32,442 nucleotides of DNA from Pyrinomonadales bacterium (GCA_038330465.1 JBBQOA010000001.1:1-32442), one strand, 5' to 3'. Shown: positions 7,501 to 16,911, counted from the stretch's first letter. Notes: generated from the sequence alone by a model not told the origin. Translations and numbers: made by a program.

Positions 7501-10188
7501 TCAGCGGCTAAATTTTTGTTCGTATTCTTTGATAAAAGCATTAAGACTCGTCACTTTCTCGCGGTCAGCTCCGTAGAATTGATTATTCGCCTTCATATCG
7601 GTGTAAATTTTAAGACTTTCTTCGAGCAAGTCGCGGGCTTCGCGCCATTTCTCGGGGTTTTGTTCGCGCGCGGCAATCAGCGCCGTCGTTTCGCCCGCGC
7701 CTTTCAAAGAAACTGCCAATTCCCGGCGCAAGTCCAAATTTGTCGAATCGTCGCGGCTTAGTTCGCGATTAAGATTAAGAGCCTTATTCAGCTGAGCGAG
7801 CGCCGCCGGTAAATCGTTTTGAGCAATTAACGCCGCGGCGATTTTATTGCGGCTGATCGCAATAAGGCGTTTCGCAATTTTCATTGTCGGGTCTTGTTTG
7901 AGCGCGGCTTCACGCATTTCGAGCGAGCGATTCAATAATTTTAATGCTCCGGCAATATCGCTTGATTTAACGCGCAGATCGCCCGCCGTATCGAGACTGA
8001 AGGTTAAATCGCCGTAAACCTGAATATTTTTCGGATCGGCGGCAAATAATTTTTCGCGCTGGGCAAGCGCTTTGTTCGAGAGTGCGGCGGCGGCTTCCAT
8101 TTCTCCGAGCTGGAGATGCGAATTAGCCGATAAATCGTCGAAAAGCCCAAGCGATCGCGGCAAATCGGTATTATTCGGCTCTGCGGCGATCAAGTTTGTA
8201 ATCAAAGTTCGACCTTTGGCATATTGTTCAAGCGCTTCCCGATATTTTCCGTCGTCCTGTAAGGCTCGTCCGATTTCGTAATAACTTAAAAATACGTTGC
8301 GCTGCCGGTTATATTTTGCCGGCTCTAAAGCCTGTAGTTGTTCGGCGATGGTGAGCGAAGTTTGATAATCTTTGATCGCGGCATCTAATTCTCTGGTTTT
8401 GGCTTTAATGTTTCCGAGGCGATCGTAAATCGCCTGCAGTCCATCGAGCGCGTTTGTATCGGCAGGATCTTCATTGAGCAGCTCTTCGCAAAGCCTCAGC
8501 GCCGTTTGATAATTCTCAAGCGCGTTCGGCGTGTCGTAAGTCGCTCTTTCAAACATATCGCCGAGCATCCCGTAGTATTTCACTAAATTAAAACGATAAT
8601 CCCGATTGCCCGGATTTCGCCGAACGAGATTTTCGCCGATCCTGATGGATTTGCGAAAACTCTCGATCCCGCCGCTCACATCGCCGATATTCGGAAATGA
8701 CGGATGTCCCTGGATTTCGCCGAGCTTGCGGTAAGATTCGGCTAATTCGCTTTGCAGCGAATCATCATCGGCGGATTCCTCCGCTAAACTGTCGAGAAAA
8801 GGCAAGGCTCGTTCGATCACCAGTTTGCGCGCCGGTGTCGCCCCGGACAAATTCTTGATCGCGTCGTGAAATTCAAACAAAAATGAATTGGACAATTTTC
8901 GCACATCATTAAAACGCTGTTCGGCACGGGTGCGTTCGCGGCGCGCGACGATTGCCTGCCAGGTCGCGACGGAAATTCCGCCGACGAGCGAAAGCAGAAC
9001 CAGCGCGGCGGCGAAAACTCCGGCACGGTGGCGTTTGACGTATTTTCCGAAACGATATTTCAGTGTTTGCGAGCGCGCCAAAACAGGCAAACCTCGAAGA
9101 AATCTCAAAATGTCTTCCGAAAACTGCTGAACTGAACCGTAGCGTTCGGACAACTCTTTGCGCAGGGCTTTGAGAACGATATTATCTAAATCGCCGCGCA
9201 GCTGATTTTTCGGAATCTGAAACTTTTCCGCTTCGTTTTCGGTCGTTGGATTTTGATTTTCGCTCGTTTCACTCGGCTTCGGCGGCTCGGTTTCGCAAAT
9301 GCTTTTGACGATTTCTTCAAAAGATTTTCCTTTTGTTTCAAACGGGCGATGCCGCGCGAGAAGTTCGTATAAAATCACGCCTAAGCTGTAAACATCGGTT
9401 GCCGTCGTCACGTTTTTCCCCAAAATCTGTTCGGGCGAAGCATATTCGGGCGTGAACATTTTGGCTTGCGTTGCGGTTGTCTGTAAATCGTCGTCCGTCA
9501 AAAGTTTGGCGATGCCGAAATCGAGAAGTTTCGGCACGCCGTCTTCCGAAACGAGAATATTTGAAGGCTTCAAATCGCGGTGAATGACCAGATTTTTATG
9601 CGCGTAATCAACCGCCGCGCAGATTTGACGGAAAATTTCCAGCCGCTTTTCCAATGACAGATTATTTTCGCGGCAGAACTCATTAAGCGGTTTGCCGTCA
9701 ACAAGTTCCATCACGAAAAACGGCAAGCCTGCGCTGGCGATTCCGCCGTCGAGAAGCGCGGCAATATTCGGATGTTTTAAGGTTGAGAGAATTCGGCGTT
9801 CGCGGGCAAAGCGTTTGAGAATCGCTTCGCTGTCCATTCCGCGTTTGATAAGTTTGAGCGCGACCTTTTGTTTGAAATCCGAATTAACCCGTTCGGCAAG
9901 ATAAACCGCGCCCATTCCGCCCGTGCCGATTCGTCCGAGAATTAGATAATTTTCAATTTGCTTGCCGATCAAAAAATCTTTCGTTTCGTCTTCGGCAATT
10001 CCTCGTTCAATCAAAATCGGTTTGTCAATAAATCCGCCGGCTTGTTCGTGCGCCGCCAGCAGCTTTTCAACCTCGGCGCAAATTTCGGCGTCCGGTTCGC
10101 GCGCCAAAAAATCGGCTCGTTCGCTGGCGGGCAAATCGAGCACCGCCGACATCGCATTTTTAATATTTTGCCATTTCACCGCGTCCAT
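7501..10188 (-). CDS. Transmembrane Ser/Thr protein kinase with C-terminal TPR domain
   Basis: 895 aa. Hanks kinase motifs GTGGMGAVY, VALKLIK, HRDLKPSNIL, DFGIAK and SPE. One TM helix (GVFAAALVLLSLVGGISVATW) is followed by ~470 aa of TPR-like repeats. It lies 44 nt downstream of the ECF sigma gene on the same strand. Confidence 0.92.
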   Translation of the reverse strand: MDAVKWQNIKNAMSAVLDLPASERADFLAREPDAEICAEVEKLLAAHEQAGGFIDKPILIERGIAEDETKDFLIGKQIENYLILGRIGTGGMGAVYLAERVNSDFKQKVALKLIKRGMDSEAILKRFARERRILSTLKHPNIAALLDGGIASAGLPFFVMELVDGKPLNEFCRENNLSLEKRLEIFRQICAAVDYAHKNLVIHRDLKPSNILVSEDGVPKLLDFGIAKLLTDDDLQTTATQAKMFTPEYASPEQILGKNVTTATDVYSLGVILYELLARHRPFETKGKSFEEIVKSICETEPPKPSETSENQNPTTENEAEKFQIPKNQLRGDLDNIVLKALRKELSERYGSVQQFSEDILRFLRGLPVLARSQTLKYRFGKYVKRHRAGVFAAALVLLSLVGGISVATWQAIVARRERTRAEQRFNDVRKLSNSFLFEFHDAIKNLSGATPARKLVIERALPFLDSLAEESADDDSLQSELAESYRKLGEIQGHPSFPNIGDVSGGIESFRKSIRIGENLVRRNPGNRDYRFNLVKYYGMLGDMFERATYDTPNALENYQTALRLCEELLNEDPADTNALDGLQAIYDRLGNIKAKTRELDAAIKDYQTSLTIAEQLQALEPAKYNRQRNVFLSYYEIGRALQDDGKYREALEQYAKGRTLITNLIAAEPNNTDLPRSLGLFDDLSANSHLQLGEMEAAAALSNKALAQREKLFAADPKNIQVYGDLTFSLDTAGDLRVKSSDIAGALKLLNRSLEMREAALKQDPTMKIAKRLIAISRNKIAAALIAQNDLPAALAQLNKALNLNRELSRDDSTNLDLRRELAVSLKGAGETTALIAAREQNPEKWREARDLLEESLKIYTDMKANNQFYGADREKVTSLNAFIKEYEQKFSR

Positions 10189-10232
10189 ATAATTTTCTCA
10201 ATACACTACGCGAAAAGTGAAGCAGAATCGGC

Positions 10233-10787
10233 TCAAACACCGTTAATTTTTTGATAAAGCCACGCCCGCGCAATCGCCCATTCGCGTTTGACGGTGGCAG
10301 GCGAGATTTTTAAAACTTCCGCCGTTTCCTCAATCGTCAAACCCGTAAAATAGCGAAGTTCGATGACGCGGCATTGCTGTTCATCAAATTTTTCGAGTTC
10401 GCATAAAGCCTCGTCCAGTTCGAGCAAATTCTGATCCGTTTCGACCGAAAGCGTCGGCGAATCGTCAAGTGAAATCTTTTCCGCGCTGTATTTTAGGGAT
10501 TTTCGCTGCCGCGCTGCATCAATCAAAATCCGCCGCATCGCCTGCGCCGCAATCGCAAAAAACTGTCCGCGATTTTCCCAATCAACTTTTTTCTGGTCGG
10601 TGAGCTTGAAATAGGCTTCGTGAACGAGTTCGGTCGTCTGAATTGAAACGGCGTGTTCGCGGTGCAGAAAACTCGCGGCGAGGCGGCGCAGTTCGTCATA
10701 AACAATCGGCAGAAGTTTGTCCAAAGCCGCGCGGTTTGCGCCGCCGCCGCTAAGTTCCTGTAATAAAACCGTAACTTCATTCGCCAT
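10233..10787 (-). CDS. ECF-type RNA polymerase sigma factor (TIGR02999 / ECF43-like, kinase-associated)
   Basis: 184 aa. The N-terminus TVLLQELSGGGANRAALDKLLPIVYDELRRLAASFLHRE..QTTELVHEAYFKL is the characteristic TIGR02999 signature. Region 4 HTH is TIEETAEVLKISPATVKREWAIARAWL. Confidence 0.9.
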   Translation of the reverse strand: MANEVTVLLQELSGGGANRAALDKLLPIVYDELRRLAASFLHREHAVSIQTTELVHEAYFKLTDQKKVDWENRGQFFAIAAQAMRRILIDAARQRKSLKYSAEKISLDDSPTLSVETDQNLLELDEALCELEKFDEQQCRVIELRYFTGLTIEETAEVLKISPATVKREWAIARAWLYQKINGV

Positions 10788-10802
10788 AAAAACTTTGAGC
10801 CA

Positions 10803-10850
10803 ATTTTACCATACTTCTCGCGTAGTGCGTTGAAAGTAAAACCACGCACT
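10803..10850 (-). promoter_or_regulatory. Candidate promoter/operator of the sigma-kinase operon: extended -10 TGgTAAAAT plus 7-bp inverted repeat
   Basis: The minus strand reads agtaTGgTAAAATtggctcaaagttttATG (extended -10 at 10803-10811). IR agtgcgt (10824-10830) / acgcact (10844-10850) has a 13-nt spacer and covers the -35 region. This is also the divergent control region for the secreted-protein cluster. Confidence 0.35.
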
Positions 10851-10887
10851 TGAATTACAAAGAAAATTTTTGCTTGTGGGAGAAAAA

Positions 10888-11985
10888 ATGAATATGAAAA
10901 AGACGATTTCGAGAATTTTTTTACTTTTGGTTATTTTGGCAATGCAAAGCCATTTTGTGCAGGCGCAGGCTTACAGCTTCACCTATCAGGGAAGTTTGAA
11001 AACCGGCGGCACGGCGGTGACCGGCACATATGATTTTCAATTCGACATTTGCGACGCGCCGACCGGCGGAAATGTGTTGGCGACGATCGCGCGGAGCGGC
11101 GTTTCGGTCGCGAACGGCATTTTTACCGTCAATCTGGATGCTTCGGAGACTGTTTTCAGCGGCGCCGAACGCTATTTGCAAATTCGGGTCAAGCTCGCCG
11201 GCGGCAGTGTCTGGGATTCATTATCTCCGCGCCAGCCGATCACGAGCGCGCCGTACGCGATTCAAAGCATCAATTCGGTAAACGCCCAATTCGCGAACGG
11301 CGCAAACTCCGCCACGTTCGCAGTGACAGCGACGAATGCATCATTTGCCGAGCAAGCGCAATTCGCATTAAACGCCAGCAACGCCGTCAATGCGACGACC
11401 GCAACGACCGCGCTGAATGTCACAGGCATCGTTTCGGTGACAAATGGCGGCACGGGTTCGACAAACGCGGCAGGTGCGCGGATGAATCTCGGTTTGGGCG
11501 CACTTTCGACCGTCACGCCGACCGGCGCGGCAAACAACAAGACATTCCTGCGCGGCGACAATACTTGGAACGAACCGCCGCTCACCTTCAATGTGATGCT
11601 CGCGCTTGAGCAAGGTTTCAGCAGCGGCACCAAATACTATTATCCGAGCGGGACGCCGACCGGCAAATTCGGAACCGATGTGCAATTCTCAGCGTTCCTT
11701 TTGCCGCGCGCCTGCACCCTCGGTGATTTTAAGTTGACGGTTCCGGTTACTTTTGGGTTCAAGAATTTCCAAATTCTGTATTCGACGGATCCCAGTTTGA
11801 TTAATAACGGCACTGTTGCCATCAACCTGACTGCACAAAATGACTCGAATGCTCCATTCTCCGTGTCCCTTCCGGACACCGTTAATATTCCGGCGGGCAA
11901 TTACATCACAATCGTAGATCGGTTTACTTTTAACGGTAACGGATCTATGAACATACCTTTCAGTATTTCGTTTACCTGCCGGTAA
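10888..11985 (+). CDS. Secreted tail-fibre-like surface protein
   Basis: GGGAG lies 5 nt before ATG 10888 (the ORF-track TTG 10870 is rejected). Signal peptide ..LAMQSHFVQAQA. The N-domain FTYQGSLKTGG.AVTGTYDFQFDI.DA.TGGN...NGIFTV.L...RYLQI.V....LSPRQPITSAPYA and the later motif NGGTGSTNAAGARMNLGLG are typical of phage-tail-fibre-like bacterial surface proteins. Confidence 0.7.
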   Translation: MNMKKTISRIFLLLVILAMQSHFVQAQAYSFTYQGSLKTGGTAVTGTYDFQFDICDAPTGGNVLATIARSGVSVANGIFTVNLDASETVFSGAERYLQIRVKLAGGSVWDSLSPRQPITSAPYAIQSINSVNAQFANGANSATFAVTATNASFAEQAQFALNASNAVNATTATTALNVTGIVSVTNGGTGSTNAAGARMNLGLGALSTVTPTGAANNKTFLRGDNTWNEPPLTFNVMLALEQGFSSGTKYYYPSGTPTGKFGTDVQFSAFLLPRACTLGDFKLTVPVTFGFKNFQILYSTDPSLINNGTVAINLTAQNDSNAPFSVSLPDTVNIPAGNYITIVDRFTFNGNGSMNIPFSISFTCR

Positions 11986-12045
11986 GCGAAGTTTCCTGAG
12001 AAGTTAAGGATTTTGAAAAAAACTAATTTATTTAAGATTGAGAAA

Positions 12046-12573
12046 ATGATGAAAAAGAAATTAATTTTACCGTCAATCGCGTTTTTATCGCTTGCCCCTT
12101 TTGCCGTATTCGCGCAAATTGCTTCGAGTCCAACTTTTACGCTTGAAAAAGCAGTTGTTTCAAACGGCGGCGGCGCGAGTTCGGGAACGACCTTCAGCGT
12201 CGAAGGGACGACCGGGCAACCTGCCGCCGGAGAAAATTCGGGCACGACCTACCGATTGCAAGGAGGTTTCTGGAATTCAAACTTAGCGCCGACCGCCGCT
12301 TCACTTTCGATTTCGGGGAGAGTTTTCGCGGCGGACGGCGGCGGTTTACGAAATGCCGTCGTTTTTCTGACTGACTCCACCGGAGCAACCAGAACGGCAC
12401 GCACCACGACCTTTGGTTATTACTATTTTGAAGGAATCGGAGGCGGTCAAACTGTCATCATCGGCATACGTTCAAAACTTTTTCAGTTCGAGCCGCGCGT
12501 GATGACGCTTAACGAAGATTTAGCGGACGTAGATTTTACGCCCTCGGGAACGGAAGAAAATATAAAAAGATAA
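12046..12573 (+). CDS. Secreted protein with carboxypeptidase-regulatory-like (CarboxypepD_reg) domain
   Basis: Start taken at MMKKKLILPS... (signal peptide ..FAVFAQ). N-terminal GGG.SSG..F...G..GQP..G...G..Y.L.GGFW motif, then ISGRVF...G.GLRNAVVFLTD..G..RTA.T..FGYYYF.G, typical of the CarboxypepD_reg fold. Confidence 0.65.
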   Translation: MMKKKLILPSIAFLSLAPFAVFAQIASSPTFTLEKAVVSNGGGASSGTTFSVEGTTGQPAAGENSGTTYRLQGGFWNSNLAPTAASLSISGRVFAADGGGLRNAVVFLTDSTGATRTARTTTFGYYYFEGIGGGQTVIIGIRSKLFQFEPRVMTLNEDLADVDFTPSGTEENIKR

Positions 12574-12587
12574 AAAAGGAGAAAATT

Positions 12588-13409
12588 ATGAAAAATTTAT
12601 TGTTGATAACGACTTTGATATTAATCGCGGTGACAAGCCTCGTCGCGCAAAAAAATGCGGATGCCGAACAAACGAGAAAATCAATTCTCAGAGAATTGAA
12701 GGATATTAAAAAGGAACAGCAAAACCCGATCAATTCGCTGCTTTCGGCGGCGGATGTCGGCGAACCGGATTCGTTCGGCAAAAACGTAAAATTCTTAGGA
12801 ACGGCGGCGACGGGCGTGGTTTATGTCTATTATAGCTGCGATCCGGCAGTTCTTCTTGCCGATCTCGATCTGACGCTCGGCGCAAATGACCGCTGTCTGG
12901 CGCACACGCCGGGCGGCGTGACGTCGCGCGGAACTTTCGACGATCTCGGCAGGATCACGATTCCCGGCAAATCGGCGGACAATGTCATCTATTTTCTGCT
13001 CAACAATACGGTCAACAATGAGTTTCAGAATAATTTCGCGAACTCGCTGCCCGCTTTTTTCAGTTACACTCCGCGTTTGACGATCGAAAGCACGGCGCTC
13101 AACGATCCGGCGGCGGTTGACCCGACGACCGGAATGCCGCTGAACGGCGTTTTGACGGTCAGTGCCTTCGGCACCAAACAATTCAGCAAAACGATTGCGG
13201 CGGGTGATTTCGAATTTTTCTTCGACCATTACAGTTCGGCGGCGACCCGCGGTTTTGCGCGCGGTTATTTTGCCGATCTGGGTTTGCCGAACCACGTTAT
13301 AAACCAACTTTACAAACAACCGATGACCATCAAGCTCGGAATGCGCGTTTCCGTGCGGGGCGTATCTTTCGGGCAGTATCTCTATGCAATGCGCCTGATG
13401 GGAAATTAA
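12588..13409 (+). CDS. Secreted hypothetical protein
   Basis: 273 aa. AGGAG lies 7 nt upstream. Signal peptide MKNLLLITTLILIAVTSLVAQ. No recognisable domain. Confidence 0.6.
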   Translation: MKNLLLITTLILIAVTSLVAQKNADAEQTRKSILRELKDIKKEQQNPINSLLSAADVGEPDSFGKNVKFLGTAATGVVYVYYSCDPAVLLADLDLTLGANDRCLAHTPGGVTSRGTFDDLGRITIPGKSADNVIYFLLNNTVNNEFQNNFANSLPAFFSYTPRLTIESTALNDPAAVDPTTGMPLNGVLTVSAFGTKQFSKTIAAGDFEFFFDHYSSAATRGFARGYFADLGLPNHVINQLYKQPMTIKLGMRVSVRGVSFGQYLYAMRLMGN

Positions 13410-13473
13410 GTTCGCAAGAAATTCAAGATTGGTTGACGGCGTTGTTTTAAATCGAAGTGAGGAGTTTGTCGAA

Positions 13474-16400
13474 ATGATTGGAAGACTAAATAAAATGTGT
13501 AAATTACTGTTGCTGAGTGCTTTTTTTGCAATGACCGCGCCGCTTTTTGCGCAAACGCCGAATGACGGATTCGACCCGAATGCCAACGCGGTCGTCCAAA
13601 AGGTTACCGTCTGGACGAACGGCAGGATCTTTGCCGGCGGCGGATTTACAACCGTCGGCGGCGTGACGCGAAACCGTCTCGTCGGTTTGGAGACGGGCGG
13701 CGGTTTGCTCAGCACATTTGCCCCGGATGTCAACGGCAATGTCAATGCCGTGGCGGTTCAAACAGACGGGCGCGTGCTGATCGGCGGCGCTTTTTCGATG
13801 GTCGGCGGCGTCGCGCACGATAATGTCGCGCGGGTCAACGTTGACGGCACTCCGGATGCCTTGTTCACCGCGCCGAACGGGGCAGTTCGTTCGATCGTTA
13901 TTCAGCCCGACGGGAAATTCATTATGGTTGGTTCATTTACTATGGTCGGCAGCGTTTCGCGTGTTCGTGTTTCACGACAAAATTCCGATGGGACAGGCGA
14001 CACAACTTTTAATCCGAGTGCCGATAACACGGTTGAAACCGTCATTCTGCAGCCTGACGGAAAAATTCTTATCGGCGGATTATTTACGAATATCAATGGG
14101 ATTACGCGCAATCGGGTGGCACGGCTCAATGCTGACGGCACGCTCGACACCAGCTTTAATCCGTCGGTAAATTTTCCCGTCCGAACCTTGGCGCTTCAAG
14201 CCGATGGAAAAATTTTGGTCGGGGGCGAATTCGGGAGCGTCAACAGCGTGGTCAGAAACCGAATCGCCCGGCTTAACGCCGACGGCACGCTCGACGCGGC
14301 GTTTAATCCGAATATGAACAGCACGGTCTGGTCGGTTGCCGTGCAGCCTAACGGGAAAATTATCGCGGGGGGAACCTTTACGACCGTCGGCGGCGTTTCG
14401 CGCTCGTATCTGGCGCGTTTGAATATGGACGGTTCGCTCGATACATCTTTTACGCCGAGTCCGAATACCGAGATTTATTCGGTCGATATTCAAACGGACG
14501 GAAAGATCGTTTTCGGCGGATTTTTTACGTCCGTGAACGGCGCGGCGCGCAACCGCCTCGCCCGCGTTTATCCGAACGGAATGCTCGAAACCGATTTCAA
14601 TCCCGATACGGGCGCTGCCGGAACGGTTTCGGCAATGATCTCGCAAGCAGACGGGCGCATTCTGATCGGCGGATTTTTCACGACCGTCGGCGGAACGGCT
14701 CGCGGACGCCTTGCCCGGCTGAACCCGAACGGAACTTTGGATACGACATTTCCCGACGTCCAGGCAAGTTCGATCGTTTTCGCGCTTGCCCGTCAAACTG
14801 ATGAAAAGATTTTGGTCGGCGGAACTTTTAATTCGATCGCCCAGACAAATCAGGCGGCATTGGCGCGATTAAATTCTAACGGCACGCTCGACGCCGCGTT
14901 CAATCCGACGGTGGTCGGCACGGTTCGGGCAATCAGCGTGCAATCAAACGGCAAGATCCTCGTCGGCGGACAACTGAGTCAGGTCAATGGAATTAATGTC
15001 AGCAATATTGTGCGGTTTAACTCAGACGGCACGCGCGACACATCATTTAATTTTACGGTCAACGCGCCGGTTGACGAAATTTTGATCCAAACGAACGGAA
15101 AGATCTTGATTCGCGGAACTTTCGACACGGTCAACGGCACAAATCGCCCGCGTCTGGCGCGTTTGAACGCTGACGGCGCAACACTCGACACAAGTTTTAC
15201 GCCCGTTTTCTCGAATACCGCGCCAACTATAACTTCTTTAAGCAAGATTTATTTGCAACAGAACGGAAAAATTCTGGTCGGCGGAAATTTTGATAACGTC
15301 AGCGGAACCTCACGGCAAAATATTGTTCGTCTGAACAGCGACGGAACGGTCGATACGGCATTTACCGCGAGCGCCAATCTGCAGGTCACTTCTTTTGCTG
15401 AAGAAACCGGCGGCATCAGGTTAATAATCGGCGGGCAATTTACAAGTTTTAACAGCGCGGCGTTTGCCGGACTTGTGGTTGTCGGCAGCAGCACCGGAAA
15501 TCTCGCGACTGCCATTAATGCGAACGTGAACGGGATTCCGAATGTCATTCTTGATCAGGCGGACGGGAAGCTTTTATTCGGCGGTTCATTTACGAGCGTC
15601 GGCGGAATCGCCCGCAACGGTCTGGCGAAGATTTTACCAAGAGGCGATGTCGGGCTCCAGGATGTGACCTACGCAGGCGGAACTCTATCCTGGTCGCTCT
15701 TTTACAGCGGTCCGCAGGTTCATCGCCTGACCTTTGAAAAATCAAACGACGGTATTAACTACACTCCGTTGGGCGACGGCACGCCAAATAGCAGTGCGAA
15801 CGTCTGGCAATTGAGCGGTGTTGCTTTTTCCGGCGGTTACATCAGGGCGCGCGGATTTTATCCTGATGCGTCAAATCAGCAATCAACGATTGAATTCATC
15901 AGATTCTTTGCGGTTCGAAATAAAGCGCCGTTTGATTTTGACGGCGATGGGAAAACCGACATCGGAATCTTTCGCGCTTCGGACGGCAGTTGGTGGTCGT
16001 CGCGATCGTCCGACGGTCAGGTGCGCGTTAATAGTTTCGGCGTTTCGACCGATATTCTAGTGCCCGGCGATTTCACCGGCGACGGCAAGACAGATGTCGC
16101 GATCTGGCGACCTTCGACCGGCTACTGGTTTATTCAGCGGAGCGACGACAATACTTATTTCTCGTTCCCGTTCGGCACTTTGGGCGACATTCCCGCGCCT
16201 GCCGATTACGACGGCGACGGGCGTACGGATGCGGCAATCTTTCGTCCGTCAACGGGGACGTGGTTTATCCTGCGCTCGGGCGACGGCGGCACGACGATCG
16301 CGTCATTCGGCGTCGCGGAAGATAAACCCGTGCCGGCGGATTACGACGGCGACGGCAAGGCGGACATCGCGGTCTTTCGTCCGTCGAGCGGTTCGTGGTG

Positions 16401-16755
16401 GATCGTTCGTTCGGCAAGCGGCGGGACCTATTCGGCAAGTTTCGGCGCTTCGACCGATAAACCGGTGCCGGGCGACTGGACCGGCGATGGCAAAGCGGAC
16501 ATCGCTGTCTGGCGACCTTCGACAGGCGAATGGTTCGTTCAGCGCAGCGAAGACGGCTCATATTTTTCGTTCCCGTTCGGCGCAGCGGGCGATCTGCCGG
16601 CGCCGGGCGATTACGACGGCGACGGACGATTTGACGCGGGCGTTTTCCGTCCGTCAACGGCGAACTGGTTCATCAGCCGTTCAACCGCCGGAATTCTCAT
16701 CACGGCATTCGGCGCCTCGGGCGACCGTCCGATTCCGAATGCGTTCGTGCCGTAA
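13474..16755 (+). CDS. Giant secreted protein: ~14 delta-60/DUF5122-type beta-propeller repeats, Ig-like linker, six FG-GAP/VCBS-type DxDGDG repeats
   Basis: GAGGAG lies upstream of ATG 13474, with signal peptide ..APLFAQ. A ~50-aa repeat (R.R.ARLN.DG.LD..F.P......V....Q.DGKIL.GG.F..V.G) occurs about 14 times. The C-terminus has DFDGDGKTD/DYDGDGRTD..FRPS.G.W repeats and ends in PNAFVP. Confidence 0.85.
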   Translation: MIGRLNKMCKLLLLSAFFAMTAPLFAQTPNDGFDPNANAVVQKVTVWTNGRIFAGGGFTTVGGVTRNRLVGLETGGGLLSTFAPDVNGNVNAVAVQTDGRVLIGGAFSMVGGVAHDNVARVNVDGTPDALFTAPNGAVRSIVIQPDGKFIMVGSFTMVGSVSRVRVSRQNSDGTGDTTFNPSADNTVETVILQPDGKILIGGLFTNINGITRNRVARLNADGTLDTSFNPSVNFPVRTLALQADGKILVGGEFGSVNSVVRNRIARLNADGTLDAAFNPNMNSTVWSVAVQPNGKIIAGGTFTTVGGVSRSYLARLNMDGSLDTSFTPSPNTEIYSVDIQTDGKIVFGGFFTSVNGAARNRLARVYPNGMLETDFNPDTGAAGTVSAMISQADGRILIGGFFTTVGGTARGRLARLNPNGTLDTTFPDVQASSIVFALARQTDEKILVGGTFNSIAQTNQAALARLNSNGTLDAAFNPTVVGTVRAISVQSNGKILVGGQLSQVNGINVSNIVRFNSDGTRDTSFNFTVNAPVDEILIQTNGKILIRGTFDTVNGTNRPRLARLNADGATLDTSFTPVFSNTAPTITSLSKIYLQQNGKILVGGNFDNVSGTSRQNIVRLNSDGTVDTAFTASANLQVTSFAEETGGIRLIIGGQFTSFNSAAFAGLVVVGSSTGNLATAINANVNGIPNVILDQADGKLLFGGSFTSVGGIARNGLAKILPRGDVGLQDVTYAGGTLSWSLFYSGPQVHRLTFEKSNDGINYTPLGDGTPNSSANVWQLSGVAFSGGYIRARGFYPDASNQQSTIEFIRFFAVRNKAPFDFDGDGKTDIGIFRASDGSWWSSRSSDGQVRVNSFGVSTDILVPGDFTGDGKTDVAIWRPSTGYWFIQRSDDNTYFSFPFGTLGDIPAPADYDGDGRTDAAIFRPSTGTWFILRSGDGGTTIASFGVAEDKPVPADYDGDGKADIAVFRPSSGSWWIVRSASGGTYSASFGASTDKPVPGDWTGDGKADIAVWRPSTGEWFVQRSEDGSYFSFPFGAAGDLPAPGDYDGDGRFDAGVFRPSTANWFISRSTAGILITAFGASGDRPIPNAFVP

Positions 16756-16778
16756 AATGATCATTGTTTCGGATTTCA

Positions 16779-16830
16779 AGTTTCGGGTTTCCAGCCTTTT
16801 TAACAGGGAACCCGAAACTTATTTATTTAT
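16779..16830 (+). terminator. Intrinsic terminator after the giant propeller gene
   Basis: Stem agtttcgggt(t)tcc (16779-16792) / ggaacccgaaact (16807-16819), followed by the T-rich tatttatttat. The arms belong to the same caagtttcgRgtt family as 4032-4094. Confidence 0.65.
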
Positions 16831-16911
16831 CGGCAATTTTTATCTGTGATAAGCTACCGTTTGCGGAAACTCGCCGCGATTTGACGTTTCCTGCCATATT
16901 ACTAAAAGCCG

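Noticed and set aside
16738-16755. The shared C-terminal NAFVP as a novel protein-sorting signal
   Set aside because: There is no hydrophobic helix or basic tail as in known C-terminal sorting signals. It is more simply the last beta-strand closing a paralogous FG-GAP propeller. It is kept only as part of the paralogy observation.
12795-16849. Minus-strand and alternate-frame ORFs (316 aa 12795-13745, 238 aa 14080-14796, 251 aa 16094-16849, 130 aa 16265-16657) inside the secreted-protein genes
   Set aside because: They are Arg/Pro-rich translations of repeat-encoding DNA with no start context. The + strand frame gives coherent repeat proteins with signal peptides.
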